A stretch of 64,000 nt of DNA from Azolla caroliniana (lineage: Eukaryota; Plantae; Polypodiophyta). The notes beneath the pieces were generated by a model that saw only the letters and a program-made list of their open reading frames with translations, was not told the origin of the DNA and did not search any database. Where the stretch lies: NCBI GenBank assembly GCA_043228905.1, contig JBHGNT010000010.1, positions 14,136,001-14,200,000 of the forward strand, written 5' to 3'. Made by a program: the position numbers and the translations under genes. Positions 59,701 through 64,000 of the stretch are shown here, piece after piece. Each line of letters begins with the position of its first letter. The stretch's first letter is position 1.

Positions 59701-61860
59701 CCATTCCAGGACGAAGCACATCCAACGTAGGTATCACTGGATCCGGGAGCGAGTAGAAGATCGAGAGTTCACAATGACAAAGATCCACACAGCGGAGAAC
59801 GGGTTAGATATGCTGACCAAAGTACTGATACCCGACAAGCTGGATGCATGTCGGAAGCGGATCGGACTAGTAAGACATCCCATGCCGGAGTGAAGGGGGA
59901 GTTTGTTAGGAAACAGATCCCTCCGAATGGGATAGGAGTACCCGGCAACGGAAGACCCCGTGAGAACCGGATGACGAGTGCCCGGCAAGAGCCGGATGGT
60001 GAAGGCCCGATGAGAAGTTCTCATTGAATGAAGGGACATATTCGTAAATATGTTTCTAAGAGTCCATTAGGGCTATATTTGTAAATAGCCGAAAAGTCAT
60101 ATTAGTATAAATATGACTTAGGGCAAACTTAGCGAGTAGTTGTTGTCATTCTTGTTGGTGCAAGATTTGAGTGCAACTGTGTACAGAGAGAGAGAGTGAG
60201 AGACAAAGAGGACGTTGTCTTTGTTGTAACTGCCGCCTGTGGCGAAGACAGTGAACAAGAGGTCGTTGCCTCTGTGTTCATCTATTGTATATTGTAACAT
60301 AGTGATAGTTTGCAGTTTGTGGAATACCGTGGTTTTTCCCGTGTTTGGGTTTTCCACGTAAACATCTTGTGTACTCTTCTCTTTACTGTGTCGTGCATAC
60401 ATTACCCGTTTTTTCTGTGTTTGATCCTAGACTTGGTTGTGGCCGAGCGTTATTTTCGGGAGCGTGTAGTCCTTTTATCAACGGCACTACATTCTCAACT
60501 TGTTATACAAGTTCGGGATGACTGAGTGCAAATCGATTGCTACGCCTCTCGATAGAAACGTCAAACTAGATGCCGACTCCGGCACGAACGAGTGCGATCC
60601 GACTCAATATTGTCAACTGATCGGGAGCCTCATCTACCTCACGATCACTTGACCCAACCTTAGCTATCCAGTTAGACTCCTCAGCCAATTCATACAAAAA
60701 CCACGCGACACTCACTTGGATTGCGCTAAGCGAGTATTACGATACGTGAGCGGCACAATGGATTACGACGTTCTCTACGCATCGGCCACACCAATATGAC
60801 TCGAAGGGTACACAAACGTGGATTGGGTTGGCTACAAAGCCGATCAACGATCGACCTCCGGATTTGTCTTCTCCCTCGGCAGTGGAGCGATTTCATGGAG
60901 TAGCAAGAAGCAGCCTACCATCGCTCTTTCGAGTACGGAGGCGGAATACAGGGGCGCAACCATAGCTACGTGTGAAGCCGTATGGCTCAAGAGGATTTTG
61001 AAGGATCTGGGCGTTCGCATCAAGGATCCGACTACCCTTTACTGCGACAACATGAGCAGTATTTATCTGGCTCGGAACCTGGTGTTCCATGCATGCACGA
61101 AGCATATTGAAGTGCACTATCACTTCATTCGGGAGCGTGTTCAATCCAGAGATGTCGACCTTCAACACATCAATACAAATCTTCAAACGGCCGACATCTT
61201 CACGAAGGCCCTAGGAGCCGACAAGCTTCGGCAATTCATGTCAGATCTTGGATTGACGATCCCTGACTTGCCAAGCTTGAGGGGGAGTACAAGCGAGAAC
61301 CGGATACCGAGTGGACACCGGAGATTGTCCGAACCGGATACCAACCGAAGCAGACATCAATCGAAAGGAACCAACCCGAGTTGAGCTTGAGGGGGCGTGT
61401 TGAGAATCAAGCTCAACATAGCACAACTTGTGAACACACCTTTTGAGAATCCATGATTACTCAAAAGTCAAGAGTCACACCACTACTCTCTACACATTAA
61501 CTATGTGTCATAGAATCATATTCTATGACACATAACTAATGAGTTACATATTCCCCATGACTATGGGTCTTCACATTCCCCAACAGAGAGAGTGGTTGTT
61601 GTAAAGTTAATGAAGAGAGAGGGTGACTCTATAAAGCACCCTCCTCATACTTCATACTAAGTCGGTTGTGACTCCTTGTTATGCTACATTTTGTAAATCT
61701 CATTCTACTTGTGAAATATACACGTTCTTCTTGAGCATTCTATTTTCCTATCATTTACCCATCTTGAGTTCTCTTTTCTCTCCACTCTTCTTCTCTCACA
61801 CATATACGCACATAACACACATCTATTCCGCTACACAAGAATCACCATTGATTCTTTACA
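53760..61860 (+). mobile_element. 3' half of Ty1/copia element D (IN-RT-RH, 3' LTR 61398-61860), interrupted by copia C
   Basis: MPKSYWAEA, MDIKNAFLQGE, LYVDNL and RH ORF 60818-61384; PPT 61387-61397; LTR TGTTG..TTACA. Confidence 0.88.
55236..60477 (+). mobile_element. Full-length Ty1/copia element C (Tnt1/Tork-like), degenerate
   Basis: LTRs 55236-55915 and 59904-60477, TSD TCAAC, PBS TGGTATCAGAGC at 55919, PPT GAAGGGGGAG at ~59892-59901; gag 55947, IN 56969-58366, RT/RH to 59893. Confidence 0.95.
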
Positions 61861-62547
61861 ATATTACTTTTCGCCTTGATCTACCTCCGCAACTACGGAT
61901 ACATCTAGTATTTCATAGTTCTCTCCGAGAACCTTATTAGGACAACACTATCCCAGATCGTATTACATCACCTCCACCCCCAATCAAATTTGAAGATGGA
62001 CCTAAGTACGAGGTTGTTGTCATGCTCGACTCCAAGAATGTTCGCAACAAGCTCTATTATTTGGTCGATTGGTAGGATATAGTCCAAGCGAGCGTACTTG
62101 GGAACTAGTGACGAATTTGGCGAATGCTCGAGCTCTTCTTGAAGATTTCCATTGTCAATATCCGGACAAACCAGGTCCTCAATCAAAGACGACTCGTAAC
62201 ACTCATCGTTTAAATGGGGAGGGGGGGGGGGATAGTGTCATGATATGACATGTTGTGGCTCCAAAAAAATTTGAACCCATGATCTTGTGGTACGTCTGTT
62301 GAACCCTTACCATTAAACCATGCATTATAATACAAAAAATATTATTTTCATTTATTATTTCACCATAGGAAATTCATGTATATTCTAGATTACTCTAGAC
62401 CATTCCAGAAACTTCAGGAGTACTCCTGAGAGTACTATAAATAGAGGCACATGGCATTATTCAGAACCAATTCGGTTCAACGCCAGTCTTAAGCCTCCTA
62501 ACCACTCTTGTATCTTCTCTTTATGTAATATACCACTTGTTATCATC

Positions 62548-62578
<31 letters not shown>

Positions 62579-62684
62579 CTTCTCTCGTGAGTCTCCACAC
62601 ACTTTTCCCCTTCTTAGTACTAATCCTCATTCTTCCACTCTATATTTCGTACTAATTCTCCCTGTCTCTAGACTATCTCTGACA

Positions 62685-62843
62685 TTAGGCAGCAAATGTG
62701 CTGACCGCTTTCTTTTTCAACTTGGCTCTTGAGCTTTTGGAAGTGGAAGAGCACTTCACACTTTTTCTTCATCGGGAAGATCCAAGTGTAGCGTAGTATC
62801 GGCATCCGCCAATCGTCGGCGTTTGAACCGGCCCCATACATCT
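62685..62843 (-). mobile_element. Copia integrase fragment, possibly the upstream continuation of copia A
   Basis: DVWG and YTWIFPMKKKCEV..KESGQHICCL motifs. Confidence 0.7.
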
Positions 62844-64000
62844 TGTTACCGGCCGGCAAGGAGTCCAAAATACGGAGTGAAGGAATTAATTAGATATGGT
62901 TGTAAATGAGCATAGTGTGGACGGACGGACTAGAAACGGTATGCCGTTCCAGATCCGGACGGATCCCGAATAGGTGCGAGAGGCACCGTTTTGTACTACG
63001 GGCCGGAAACCTATTTAAAGGCCCGGACCCCATTGTAATGACAGCGGATAATTAATAGAGCTTATGATGTTTATACTTCTGTCTTGATTTCCGTTCTGTA
63101 ATTACTGTTATATCTTACGCGTGTAATTAACCAAAGCATTCTAATCGTGTAACCTATGTAAGTCGGTGTAATCGTTGAATCTTAATCCATAGCCGTAATC
63201 ACCCTTTGGTGAAGTGTCTCCGTGACACCTTGTGTTAGGCCTTGTCCGGCTAGAGAATAACACAGTTTTGGCGACCACGATTCCTGCTTTCTCGCAGCGA
63301 ACGACGGTAATGGATGACTAGACCAACGCACGACTTGGTTATAGACCGAGCTCGACGCCTCGCCGAACGGCAAAGACGGCGTGAGACTTTCCAGCAAGCA
63401 GCGCAAGAAATTCGCTCGGATCGTTCGTTCTCCAACGAGATCCGGAGAGTCGCGGAGGAATCTATCCGGTTACGGCAAACTCGCGACCAGGACGACGGAA
63501 GCAGTCTAAGTAGTCTCCGGGAAACCGAACGCCTCCTGGAGGCACTGGCAAGCGGAGAAAACGAGGCAGAAGCCTTTTCAGCCTACGAATCGGATTCCGA
63601 AGGGGGATACAGCGTGCACACGAACTACCGGAGCAGCAACGATACCCCCGGTGGCCCGGAGGACGACGGGTCGAATACCGTGCCGACTCCAGAACCGGAA
63701 CCGCTCAACCAGGGCTATCCGGAACCGCAAACGGAAGCCGTCAACCCACCAACACCAACGAAAGAGCCGGCAAAGGTACCGGAAGAAGAGCCGGTGAAGG
63801 AACCGGAAAAAGAACCGGAAAAAGAACCGGAAAAAGCACCGGCAAAAGAACCGGAAGTGGAACCGGAGAAAGAACCGGAAAGATATCAACAAACGCCACT
63901 AAACCGCGGCCTAATACTGGACGACGACATGCCGTTCCAATACTCAAAGTATCGCGATGACCCGGACGCGGAAGCGCATGTTCATGACTTCGAGCAGACA
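62844..64000 (+). mobile_element. 5' end of a non-chromovirus Ty3/gypsy element related to 34989-44721: LTR 62844-63262, PBS, gag running off the window
   Basis: TGTTACC..TAACA termini; PBS TGGCGACCAC at 63269-63278 (tRNA-Arg type); gag from ATG 63314 with KEPE repeats and MPFQYSKYRDDPDAEAHV, matching MPYTYSKFREGTDAEAHV. Confidence 0.88.

Larger units (their letters stand above)
46118..62684 (+). mobile_element. Chromovirus 2 (same family as 1-4767), degenerate and multiply interrupted
   Basis: 5' LTR remnant ending CTATCTCTGACA at 46155; gag ~46200-47714; PR 47741-48169; RT 52125-53012; IN C-terminus/chromodomain 61861-62210; PPT 62216-62232; 3' LTR 62236-62684. Confidence 0.9.

Noticed and set aside
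63578-63947. Minus-strand FFRF/PVLF repeat ORFs
   Set aside because: They are the antisense shadow of the 12-bp KEPE repeats in the plus-strand gag.

Overview
This is eukaryotic plant genomic DNA, probably from a non-seed plant such as a fern (inferred from the Tcn1-like chromoviruses and the microsatellite-rich context). It holds one intact host gene, a ClpX AAA+ ATPase with 15 coding exons on the minus strand (11851-18030). Almost everything else is nested retroelements: two Ty3/gypsy chromoviruses, three non-chromovirus Ty3/gypsy elements, at least six Ty1/copia elements, several solo LTRs and two LINE pieces. The most unusual object is a young Ty3/gypsy element at 34989-44721 (minus strand, TSD CATAC). 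It has no polypurine tract; a tRNA-Arg-like 3' end finishing in CCA lies 2 nt before the 3' LTR instead. It has three LTRs, with a reverse-transcribed copy of its tRNA-Arg(UCU) primer trapped between two of them, and it carries an extra 886-aa coiled-coil ORF behind an internal poly(A) tract. The chromoviruses show a self-priming PBS, a -1 frameshift signal and an antisense tRNA-like A/B-box module in their LTRs. All calls come from reading the sequence by eye; no database searches were run.
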